DNA from: Planctomycetota bacterium
GTDB lineage: Bacteria; Planctomycetota; GCA-002687715; CAIWVZ01
Length of the DNA stretch: 64,000 nt
Assembly (NCBI GenBank): GCA_044222185.1
Contig: JBGANV010000001.1
Span: 2,016,001-2,080,000 of the forward strand
Direction of reading: 5' to 3'
Below are positions 57,601-64,000 of this stretch, piece by piece. The number at the start of each line of letters is the position of its first letter. Position 1 is the first letter of the stretch. Below the pieces are notes generated by a model. That model saw only the letters and a program-made list of their open reading frames with translations. It was not told the DNA's origin and made no database searches. The translations under genes and the position numbers were made by a program.

Positions 57601-59661
57601 GCGGACGGTGCCATCGGCGCCGGTCTTGCGCGAGTCCTTCAGGGCCTTCCCCCGAACGATGACTTCCACGTCCGCGATCGGAGCGCCGCTCACCGTGTCC
57701 GTCGCCCACGCGAACACCTCGGTCGGAGCCTGCTTCACGACGAGCATGACGCGCGAGACGACGACGAGCACGACGGCGCGACGTTGTTCGGCTTCCGCGG
57801 TGACGACGTAGGTCCCCTCGGGCAGAGCCTTGTCGCCGATCTTCAGCGCGACCGACGTGCGGTCGCGCCGGTAACGAACGTAGTCGGTCACCGGATGAGT
57901 GAACGTCAGATCGGCCTTCACCAGCGCCACGTCCAGGGCGTCCGTGCCCGTGAGCGTGCCCTTGCGTTCGAAGTAGGTGCGAGCATCGAGCTTGTAGAGC
58001 CGAACGGTCGCCTCGCGCACGTTCCGTGTGGCGAGATCGATCGTGGCAGCTTCCGTGGGAGCGAAGATCCGCGGACTCGTGAGCTCGAGCTCGATCCCGG
58101 TGAGGCGTGCGAGGCGGGCGTTGGCGTCTGACGCCGGACGCGTGTTGGAGAACGACATCACGACGACGCGGTAGGCCTCCGCCGCCGCTTCGAGCTCTCG
58201 CCGATCGTCCTCCTCGATGATCCCCACCTGCAGCCCGGCGCGTGCGGCCCATTCCGGCTGGGCGGTCCGGTAGCGCTCGCGCGCATCGCGGAACGCATCA
58301 CGCGCCGCATCGAAGTTCTTCAGCTGGCGGTACTCGTTGCCGATCTCGAGAGAGATGGCCGGCGCCTGCTCGGACAGCGGATAGACCTCGACGAACTCGC
58401 GGTAGACCTTGATCGCCTCCTCGCGCTTCTTGTCCGTGAGGAGCAGCTTCGCCTTGCCGAGGAGGCACTCGGGCAGCGCGCGCTGGACGTTGGGCACTTC
58501 GGGATGCGCGGCATGCTGCGCGAGGAACTGCTGGTAGGCGGCGCGGGCCTCGTCGAACCGGTTGAGCTGGAAAAACGCGCGGCCCGTCTGGACGCGGGCC
58601 CAGGCCAGGTCGTCGCCCGACGTCTTCGGCGCGTCGACGATGTCCTTCAACGCCGAGATCGCTTGTTCGAGCGCACCCTGCGCGAGGCACGCCTCCGCGA
58701 TCGCTCGACGAACGGGTCCGGCCTCGGGGCGATCGGGCCACGTCTTCAGGAACTTCCCGTAGGCGTCCTTCGCGAGCGCCAGTCCTTCCGCGCCGCCGTC
58801 GGCGACGTGACTGCGCCCGAGCAGGATCAGGGCTCGCGGCCCCCACGCGGTCTCGTCCGGCGCACGACTCCGGAGGAGCTCGAGCAACTCCGTACGTGCG
58901 TCCACCGTGCGGCCGAGCAGGAGCTGCGCCTCGGCCCGGTAGGCGTGGGCCGCGAACATGCGCTCCTCGGTGAGCGACTTGGGATTGTTGATCCCGATCT
59001 CCAGCGCCCGTCGTCCGGCCGCGTCCGCCTCGTTCGCCTGCTTCAGCACGAGGTGGAGGCGCGCGACCTCGACCCAGTGAGGTGCCGACGCCGTGTCGCG
59101 GTCGAGGGCATCGATCCCGAGCCGATAGGCCTGGATCGCGCGAGCGGGATCGGGCGGAATCTCAGGACGGACGGCGTCCGGTGACTTCTCGCCCTTGGCG
59201 AACCGGTCGGCCCACGCGAAGAACGTGGCGGCCACTCGCGCCCGGTGCTCGTCCGAGAGCACGACCTTCGCCCGCTCGAGCTCGATCGTCGCGGCCTCGG
59301 CGACCTTGCCCTGAACCTCCGTGGCCTTCGCGAGGAGGCTGTTCGTACGACCGCGCCAGGGCTCGTCCTCGGGCCAGCCCGCGAGCGCCTTCACCGCCAG
59401 GCTTGCCGCTTCGTCGCCCTTCTTCGCGAGGACGAGGGCGTGGATCCTCAGGACGAGTGCCTCCTTGGCGACGGGGTCGCGCCCCACGTCGCCGGGAACC
59501 GTCTCGAGGGTCCGTGCCGCCTCGAGGAACGTTCCCGCCGCGATCTGATCGCGTCCCCGGGCCAGGATGGCGTCCGGGTCGTCCGTCCCGTGACGGGCGA
59601 GCACGAACGGAACACAGACGACGAGAATCAGAGCTGGCGCGAACGCGAGGCGTCGGTTCAT
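51619..59661 (-). CDS. TPR-flanked alpha-2-macroglobulin family protein (no thioester)
   Basis: Signal peptide, TPRs, DRPIYRPGD (MG2), VPDNLTVW, GGLEQT, FQNDDGGFGFW, MYAPE; second TPR+MG block at the C-terminus. Confidence 0.9.
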   Translation of the reverse strand: MNRRLAFAPALILVVCVPFVLARHGTDDPDAILARGRDQIAAGTFLEAARTLETVPGDVGRDPVAKEALVLRIHALVLAKKGDEAASLAVKALAGWPEDEPWRGRTNSLLAKATEVQGKVAEAATIELERAKVVLSDEHRARVAATFFAWADRFAKGEKSPDAVRPEIPPDPARAIQAYRLGIDALDRDTASAPHWVEVARLHLVLKQANEADAAGRRALEIGINNPKSLTEERMFAAHAYRAEAQLLLGRTVDARTELLELLRSRAPDETAWGPRALILLGRSHVADGGAEGLALAKDAYGKFLKTWPDRPEAGPVRRAIAEACLAQGALEQAISALKDIVDAPKTSGDDLAWARVQTGRAFFQLNRFDEARAAYQQFLAQHAAHPEVPNVQRALPECLLGKAKLLLTDKKREEAIKVYREFVEVYPLSEQAPAISLEIGNEYRQLKNFDAARDAFRDARERYRTAQPEWAARAGLQVGIIEEDDRRELEAAAEAYRVVVMSFSNTRPASDANARLARLTGIELELTSPRIFAPTEAATIDLATRNVREATVRLYKLDARTYFERKGTLTGTDALDVALVKADLTFTHPVTDYVRYRRDRTSVALKIGDKALPEGTYVVTAEAEQRRAVVLVVVSRVMLVVKQAPTEVFAWATDTVSGAPIADVEVIVRGKALKDSRKTGADGTVRFAVKEGQGPCEVIGALGASVAPGLAANPAAGGKTALTPRVHFAFDRPIYRPGDAVRWSMILRAVADGSFVTPEKQEVQVSWIDPRGRTLYQSKHTTGAFGTIDGQFRMPSDGAVGDYSLRVEFASQVFNEAVTCKAFVKPELRVTAKVANAVVRPGDSVPVKVAVESLVGGVIGGSPYDWRVWRVPTTFDATRYREASWFYHAVEKTKDPTPEPDWTFVANGSGGTDEKGEAEFSFTTASAAGAWRYIAVVTVQDLTHQVVSGSASAYACWTPGNVIVLPDRRTYRAGDRITARVIGVDWASQPLPAKGKAQLIALRSEGGRMVEVVVADAPVDLGASGEAEVKLDAPKAGTHLVRFAGEDGKGMKVVGEAGAEVSGDRPDLAKETRILFEREVYRAGEKARLFIEVPSAPVTGLLTFEGETVLMHRVITVSEKASVVEIEMPELLAPNVVASWAVPHDHALLMCDDPVVVLRYLDVTLKPSADVARPGETVKLAMRATDQAGKPVAAALTLAMSDGALDALGGVGTQDPRFIFNRDVRPHLVKTGASHAFRVDAVARAIDSDVVGLDRSLTLLAAGEELRKNADKAYALKERESVALKAGLEDSLAANAPGAPAAADPPTGGGAGGGKGSAFGGSRSKRRSSDAEKSKSDAKPGEAARVAQRLGGKDDLERGEEAHDAEERAGLGEWGDGAVLFQSATYGLAYRGLEQLPVGNTIAVPQLFVRADPKIAHSWKFPAPSLQPMQSGGSFGFLGGAGEGLLRGGLATAPPEVREVLVDVAAWHPNVITNEAGESSVDVKVPDNLTVWSVNVTGTNRQVAVGRTSANVKVRKDVVVRLAEPRFLFHTDEAVLPVIGQNTLGESVRMTLTLKADAPGVVSLEGAAELEKDVLARTATSMDVRVKARGSGSTRLEVQALSSRASDALVHTLDVVPFGEPWRTVEHRILGDKVTVPVEIPFDPVTGSVGGSVVVQGGLALELLDGLAFLRSVSHGGLEQTVNRFVPAYLLNQAFAAASQPSPLDADAVAQLAKSSLQEMRGFQNDDGGFGFWPGRPSEPEPTAIALDAFARLRGAGFAPPTELVSSSAAGAQSLLAQGRFTRDQRTWLVYALASIGAAPSAEINALYRDRESLSTPSLARLLLAAVADRREAIVPTLLETLRGRRRNPGADQVDFWPFGGIARDPWLGSDQETTALCLLALQASGGRPDEIEGLVRRLRREIAVRGCFHTRATATSVLALVRFVQGEGAAALQGEVSVQLDGRPVGDPVTIDGKNPRAVISIPQERLTPGKHTFVVQRTGGGEADCRVVVTGVKPADTVAAAGNVVAVERRVVAYQDPDRVEPKWRDGFNCVEESKRPVFVPPPSLAQTVVGRKVTVRVVMKVREDVNYLVVEEPQLAGLDVIETGVRGPFDRFERRGSALVFFFDHLKKGSEITITYPCFAVFAGRFSALPTGASEMYAPEVWGRSDSMRLEVLVDASSMATPPPAEKTPDARIAAAASAFDKSRFEDVVALLAELPSKYALTDAAHDDVLRMLQIAYLRLDQSQQAIRVRDTLLMRNPTKTDLSVADTLRLGRSYIAVGDPERAREQFLRVFEAAFTHECKPARFLSEIGRGDDAVAWLEQAVARYPAAGSVPAVEREIAGLYAGLIDPAVKGPVAKDVQRSQWKNAVTAYSRLMAWHPLGSLAEAAHFNRIGVFTALGASQRVVLETAAFRERFQKSLLLDQVLADEARALFELGKYGDVKPLARRVIDEKWRTPADPNGDARESSERPAMAYLLGKIAHIEGQLDEAVKWYGEARNAVPDAMQSWKFFTEHELDVASVTTLVPGAGRTLDVRAKNVTKLTAQVFPVDLTVLFAVRKSFSKLNQADLSGIAPQHTVTHETGLAAYKSGTVKLPLPDLGAGAYLVVVSDGERSVTTVLLATEWTLRLQRDETGLRAWLVDGKDQPVRGARITVGANGKVWFAGSTDERGMLLISNAGDGAVTAVAELADRVAVAER

Positions 59662-59739
59662 TTCAGTCTTCCTGTTTGACGAGGCGCGCGCCCAGGAGGG
59701 CGGCGAGCCGGGCCACAGACGCAGACCCTTGGAAAAAGT

Positions 59740-60480
59740 TCACCGCAGGAACGACGTGACCGCGGTCGGGATGTCGGTGATGAGACCGCAAACGCCCACG
59801 GACAGCAGAGGGCGCACCTGCCGCAAGTCCTTGACCGTCCACGTCCAGACACGCCGACCGTTGCGGGACCACGCAGCGACACGATCGCCCGTCACCAGGT
59901 CGACGTCGACCCCGAACCCAAGGAGAGGCAGGTCGGAGAACACCTGCGAGTCCGTCTCGGAGTCGATGAGCGCGAGGAGCGGAAGGTCGGGCACCGCGCG
60001 GTGCGCCGCGCGCAGGACGGCCCCCGAGAACGAGGCGATCACGGCGTGCTCCCGATGCGCCGACGCCGCGACGGCGCGGGCCGAAACGGCGCCCAGCCGG
60101 GAATCGTCCGCGGTCGGCTTGACCTCGACCATCAGCACCGTCCTCCCCCATGGGAAGCTCAGGACTTCTTCGAGCGTCGGGACCGTCTCCCCTTCGGCTC
60201 CCGGCCCATGGCTCCAACCGAGGTCGACCCGACCCAGCTCGGCGGCGGTCTGGTGGTCGATCGCCACCCGCGTCCCCCGGGTGTCCACGACGACCTCCGC
60301 GTCGTGAATGACGACGGGGACGCCGTCAGCCGAGAGCCGTACGTCCCATTCCACGCCAGGATGGCCGCGGGCGATCACGTCGTGGAAGGCCCTGCGCGTG
60401 TTCTCCGGGCTTTCGGCCGCTCCACCGCGATGTGCGATGACGAGCGGGCGGGCGGAATCGTGCGGGACCAGGAACGTCAT
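59740..60480 (-). CDS. Glycerophosphodiester phosphodiesterase
   Basis: IAHRGG..PENT, VEWDVRLSADG..VVIHD, VPTLEEV, EVK, WTV, GLITD. Confidence 0.93.
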   Translation of the reverse strand: MTFLVPHDSARPLVIAHRGGAAESPENTRRAFHDVIARGHPGVEWDVRLSADGVPVVIHDAEVVVDTRGTRVAIDHQTAAELGRVDLGWSHGPGAEGETVPTLEEVLSFPWGRTVLMVEVKPTADDSRLGAVSARAVAASAHREHAVIASFSGAVLRAAHRAVPDLPLLALIDSETDSQVFSDLPLLGFGVDVDLVTGDRVAAWSRNGRRVWTWTVKDLRQVRPLLSVGVCGLITDIPTAVTSFLR

Positions 60481-61796
60481 GTCGTCAGCCTCGACGACGC
60501 ACGTCGAACGTCCTCGGAGATCCAGTGCCCGCCGGCCGGAAACACTTCGAAGAATGTGGGGAACGACTTCGAGACGACCTGGGCGTTCCGAACGATCACG
60601 GGACGGGCGAGTCCGAACAACGCGGCCGTCATGGCGAGCCGGTGATCGCCCCGCGGGTCGACCGGGATCGCGAGCTTCGCCGTTTCCTCCGTCATGGCGA
60701 TGGGACCACGAACGACGAACCCGTCGTCGCGTGCCTCCGCCTGAACACCCGCCTCCGTGAGTACGGCGACGAGGTGGTCGATCCGGTTGCTCTCCTTCAA
60801 GCGCAGGTGCGGTGCGCCGAGAACGGTGACACCGTCGGCGGTGAGCGCGCCCAGCGCCGCGACCACCGGAGCGAGGTCCGGCGTCCGATTCAGATCGAAG
60901 ACGCCGCCCCGGATGACGCGCCCCGAGCACCGGACGCCGCCGTCGTCTTCTTCGACCAGCAGCCCGAGTTCACGTGCGAGCTCCGCAAATGCCGCGTCCG
61001 GGTGGGGCGATGCGAGCCGCAGCCCGGGAACGCGAACCGGCACGCCCAAGAACGCGGCCGCAGCCAGCATCGTCGCCGCCCCGGACCAGTCGACGTCCGC
61101 ATGGAGGTCCCGCGGCGCCGGACCGAACCCCGGTTCCACGCGCCAGCAGGAACCGTCGGCATGGACTCGTCCGCCTGCGCGTCGGATCACGTCGAGCGTG
61201 AGGTCGATGTACGGCGCCGAGACGACGGCCCCGGTCGCCCGGACCTCGACCGCTTCGGCGCAGGACGGCGCCACGAGCAGCAGCGCCGAAACGAATTGAC
61301 TGGATTCGGCCGCGAGGTCCGCCTCGACGATGCCCCCATGAAGCGGCCCGCGGATCGTCACCGGGAGCCCGGGCCCTCCCGCGACCTCGGCCCCGAGCGA
61401 CCGCAGAGCCTCGATCAGAGGCGCGAACGGACGGGCGCTGAGGCGCGGTCCGCCGGTCACGGTCACCGAACGTCGCCCGATCGCGGCGAGCGCGATGAGG
61501 AATCTCGCCGGTGCGCCACCCTCCTCGACGTGGATCGCGACGGCGCCGCTCGCGCGCCGATCGATCGTTCGAACGACGACGACGCGATCGGACGCGGGCA
61601 CGAGTTCCACGCCGAGCCGGCCCAGCGCCGACAGGAACTGCCCCACGTCCTCCCCGCGAGGTGGAGTGTCGAGGACCGCGCCTCGGCCACGCTGCGCGAG
61701 AAGCGCGAGCGCCCGAAGGATCTCGCTCTTCCCCGACGGCACGGGGCACGAGATGTCGGCGCCGGTCGACGGGGCTGGAAGTACGAGTCGGTCCAC
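60477..61796 (-). CDS. aroA: 3-phosphoshikimate 1-carboxyvinyltransferase
   Basis: PSGKSE..RAL, SSQFVSALL, SAPYIDLT, DWS.A, PDL, LRLKESNRI, DHRLAM, KSFPTF. Confidence 0.9.
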   Translation of the reverse strand: MDRLVLPAPSTGADISCPVPSGKSEILRALALLAQRGRGAVLDTPPRGEDVGQFLSALGRLGVELVPASDRVVVVRTIDRRASGAVAIHVEEGGAPARFLIALAAIGRRSVTVTGGPRLSARPFAPLIEALRSLGAEVAGGPGLPVTIRGPLHGGIVEADLAAESSQFVSALLLVAPSCAEAVEVRATGAVVSAPYIDLTLDVIRRAGGRVHADGSCWRVEPGFGPAPRDLHADVDWSGAATMLAAAAFLGVPVRVPGLRLASPHPDAAFAELARELGLLVEEDDGGVRCSGRVIRGGVFDLNRTPDLAPVVAALGALTADGVTVLGAPHLRLKESNRIDHLVAVLTEAGVQAEARDDGFVVRGPIAMTEETAKLAIPVDPRGDHRLAMTAALFGLARPVIVRNAQVVSKSFPTFFEVFPAGGHWISEDVRRASSRLTT

Positions 61797-61829
61797 GGCC
61801 GCATCGTATCGGCGGATACAATCCGCCCC
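61797..61829. promoter_or_regulatory. Back-to-back putative leaderless -10 elements with inverted repeat
   Basis: TACAAT 7 nt before ATG 61830 (+); TACGAT 6 nt before GTG 61796 (-); GGCGGAT-aca-ATCCGCC palindrome; no SD on either side. Confidence 0.5.
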
Positions 61830-62144
61830 ATGGCTCGACGCCGAGGTTGCCGCGTGCTCGACTCGCTCGCCGTCGCCCGCACGTTCGCGGACGACTTCGG
61901 TGAGGATTGGGTCGTTCCGCGCGCGGCGATCCGCTACGTCGTCGTGCGCGAGAGCGGACCGGAGGCGATCCTCACGGCGTTCGGGCCCCAGGCCCAGATC
62001 GTCGGCGAACGACATTTCCCGGACGGTGCCCAGGCCATGCGGGCCATCGAGCGGCTCGCCAGCGACGGCTCCGCCGAGCCGGTCCGTGACCTGCCGGAGC
62101 CGCCGGCGAGCGCGACCCGGTTCCTCGACGAGAGACTCCCATGA
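61830..62144 (+). CDS. Hypothetical protein
   Basis: Open frame with host codon usage; ATGA overlap with the next gene. Confidence 0.55.
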   Translation: MARRRGCRVLDSLAVARTFADDFGEDWVVPRAAIRYVVVRESGPEAILTAFGPQAQIVGERHFPDGAQAMRAIERLASDGSAEPVRDLPEPPASATRFLDERLP

Positions 62145-62671
62145 GCATCGACTTCAGCCAGTTCCTCCCGGCCGGCCCGGTCCCGCCCGACTTCCACTCG
62201 ACGCACGACGAGGGGCCGTTCTCACGGTGCAGCGATTGCGGCGCGCCGCTCGGCGGCCAGGATGCGCTTCACCTGATCGGCAAGGTCTGGCGCGACGGCG
62301 ACGTGATCTTCGAGTACGCCCTTTGCTCCGGATGCGTGATCGGTCTCTACGAGCAGTACAGCGAGGAGTCCAAGCGCAACCTCTCCGAGTACTTTGCCCA
62401 GGTGGCACCACCCCGTGACGATGGTGCGCCGCAGTGTCACCGCTGCGGACAGTCCGGGGAGGTCCTCGCGAACGAACACTCGGCCGAGGCCATGGCCATG
62501 GGTTCGACCCTGCTCGGGACGCCGATCCGCGTGTGCGCGGCCTGCACGGAAGGCGCGGAAAAGGTGCTTTCCAAGCAGACACGGAAGGTCTTCGACGACT
62601 TCGTGCGCCGCGTGGCTCCGCTCCTCCCGGAGGACGTGGGCATTCCGTCGCCCGTGCTGGCGCTGCCGTAA
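62141..62671 (+). CDS. Hypothetical zinc-finger-like protein
   Basis: Four CxxC pairs (CSDC, CSGC, CHRC, CAAC). Confidence 0.75.
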   Translation: MSIDFSQFLPAGPVPPDFHSTHDEGPFSRCSDCGAPLGGQDALHLIGKVWRDGDVIFEYALCSGCVIGLYEQYSEESKRNLSEYFAQVAPPRDDGAPQCHRCGQSGEVLANEHSAEAMAMGSTLLGTPIRVCAACTEGAEKVLSKQTRKVFDDFVRRVAPLLPEDVGIPSPVLALP

Positions 62672-62764
62672 CGTCGACCCGTTCTCCGCCGCCGCGCTGG
62701 ATGGACGGCATGCGACCGCGCACAATCGCGCCATTCGACGGCCGCGCGCCGTCCCTGGAGCCGC

Positions 62765-64000
62765 ATGCAGAACCGCATCTTCTTCCGCGGGCCGACTCTC
62801 GTCAGCCTGAACCCGCTTCGCGTCGAGTACGCCGACGTCCTCGTCGGTGACGGCCGCATCCTGAAGAAGGGCTGGCGGCTCAACGTGCCGCACGGAGTCG
62901 ACGTCGTGGACGCCCGCGGCAAGATCCTCATGCCGGGCCTCGTCGACGCGCACTTCGACCTGGCGCGGACGTTCGCGCGGTTCATTCCACCGCCACCGTC
63001 CGGTGCCACGCACGGCCGCCAGCTCACGGAGGAGATGCTCATCTGCGCGGCCTTCGGCGCCACGCTCGAGGCGCTGCGCAACGGAACGACGACGTTCATC
63101 TGCCATCACGGCGCATCCGGGTTCGTACGGGGCTCGCTCTTCCGGATCCGCGACGTCCTGCTCTCCGTGGGCGTGCGGGTGTGCGCGTCGTTCGCGGCCG
63201 GCGGACACGACGCCGCCGCGGACGTCGAGGCCGCGCTCGCCGAATCGCGTGACGCGGCGGCATTCGGACTCAGCAGCCGCTGCCGGTTCATGCTCGGCGC
63301 CGCGGCGTGTGATCAGGTGGCGCAATCGACTCTCGAGAGTCTCGCGGAACTCGGTGCGCGGTACGACTGCGGGCTCCACACGACGGTCGGATTCGGTTCG
63401 TCGTCCGTGGATGACGACATCGAACGACTGCTGCGTTCGAAGGCCCTGCGTCCCGGCTCGCTCGTGATGCTCGGAGGTCGCCCCAAGCCGGCGCACATCG
63501 ACGCGCTACGCGAAGCGAAGGTCACCCTCATCCACGCACCCTCCGGCCAGATGCTCTCCGGGCGCGCCATGCTGCCCGTCGACACGTTCGCCAACGGTGG
63601 GACGCTGGGGTCTGCCGGAACCCGGCCCGACCTCTTCGAGGAGGCGCGCCTCGCCTACACGCAGGCCATCGCGAAGGGCGAGGCGGCGACGCCCGCCGAC
63701 GTCGTGGCTCTGCTCGCCCGGGGCCAGGAGGTCGCGAGCGGGCTGTTCCACACGTCGCTCGGCAACTTCGAGCCTGGCTCGGCGGCGGATCTGCTCGTTC
63801 TCGACTATCGCCCCATGACCCCGCTGAATGCGGCCACGCTGCCGTGGCACGTGCTCTTCGGGTTCAGCTCGGCCCACGTCCAGCACGTGATGATCGATGG
63901 CCAGACGATCATCCGCGATCGCAGCTTCAACCGTTTCGACGTGCGGAACCTCTTCCGCCAGACGCAGCGAGCCGCCCTCGACCTGTGGGCGCAATCGTCC
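62765..64000 (+). CDS. SsnA-like amidohydrolase homologue, metal ligands degenerate (runs off window)
   Basis: Hand-translated: DVLVGDGRI, DARGKILMPGLVDAH, LRNGTTT..HH.AS, PGSAADLLVLDY..TPL, VMIDG. Confidence 0.85.
   Translation, partial: MQNRIFFRGPTLVSLNPLRVEYADVLVGDGRILKKGWRLNVPHGVDVVDARGKILMPGLVDAHFDLARTFARFIPPPPSGATHGRQLTEEMLICAAFGATLEALRNGTTTFICHHGASGFVRGSLFRIRDVLLSVGVRVCASFAAGGHDAAADVEAALAESRDAAAFGLSSRCRFMLGAAACDQVAQSTLESLAELGARYDCGLHTTVGFGSSSVDDDIERLLRSKALRPGSLVMLGGRPKPAHIDALREAKVTLIHAPSGQMLSGRAMLPVDTFANGGTLGSAGTRPDLFEEARLAYTQAIAKGEAATPADVVALLARGQEVASGLFHTSLGNFEPGSAADLLVLDYRPMTPLNAATLPWHVLFGFSSAHVQHVMIDGQTIIRDRSFNRFDVRNLFRQTQRAALDLWAQSS

Overview
High-GC bacterial window. A Planctomycetota-like host is inferred from the DUF1592/DUF1552 pair, a HEAT/STN-type protein and a TPR-macroglobulin; this is not proven. 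The main feature (1-13031) is an apparently complete trans-envelope electron-transfer locus. It has two tandem Rieske / cytochrome b / nonaheme cytochrome c modules, a c554-like tetraheme, a 13-heme cytochrome, an outer-membrane beta-barrel and a divergent OmcA/MtrC-family decaheme lipoprotein (45 CxxCH motifs counted in total). System II cytochrome c maturation genes (ResB/CcsA) lie about 5 kb downstream. In the second module both the Rieske protein and the cytochrome b carry a ~65-aa domain resembling the ACT-like/ferredoxin-like regulatory domain of DAHP synthase, and that cytochrome b lacks the PEWY Glu; this may be an allosterically gated respiratory complex. The rest of the window holds an amber-split metzincin plus an FG-GAP protein, housekeeping genes (ParA family, queC, panB, lysS, aroA, GDPD), a glycosyltransferase fusion with a long R/D/E/G-rich disordered linker, a copper-resistance cluster, several enzyme homologues missing catalytic residues next to a Ser/Thr kinase and a ferredoxin, and a 2680-aa thioester-less alpha-2-macroglobulin. 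No rRNA, tRNA, CRISPR array or transposase was recognised. All family calls were made by eye from motifs; no searches were run.
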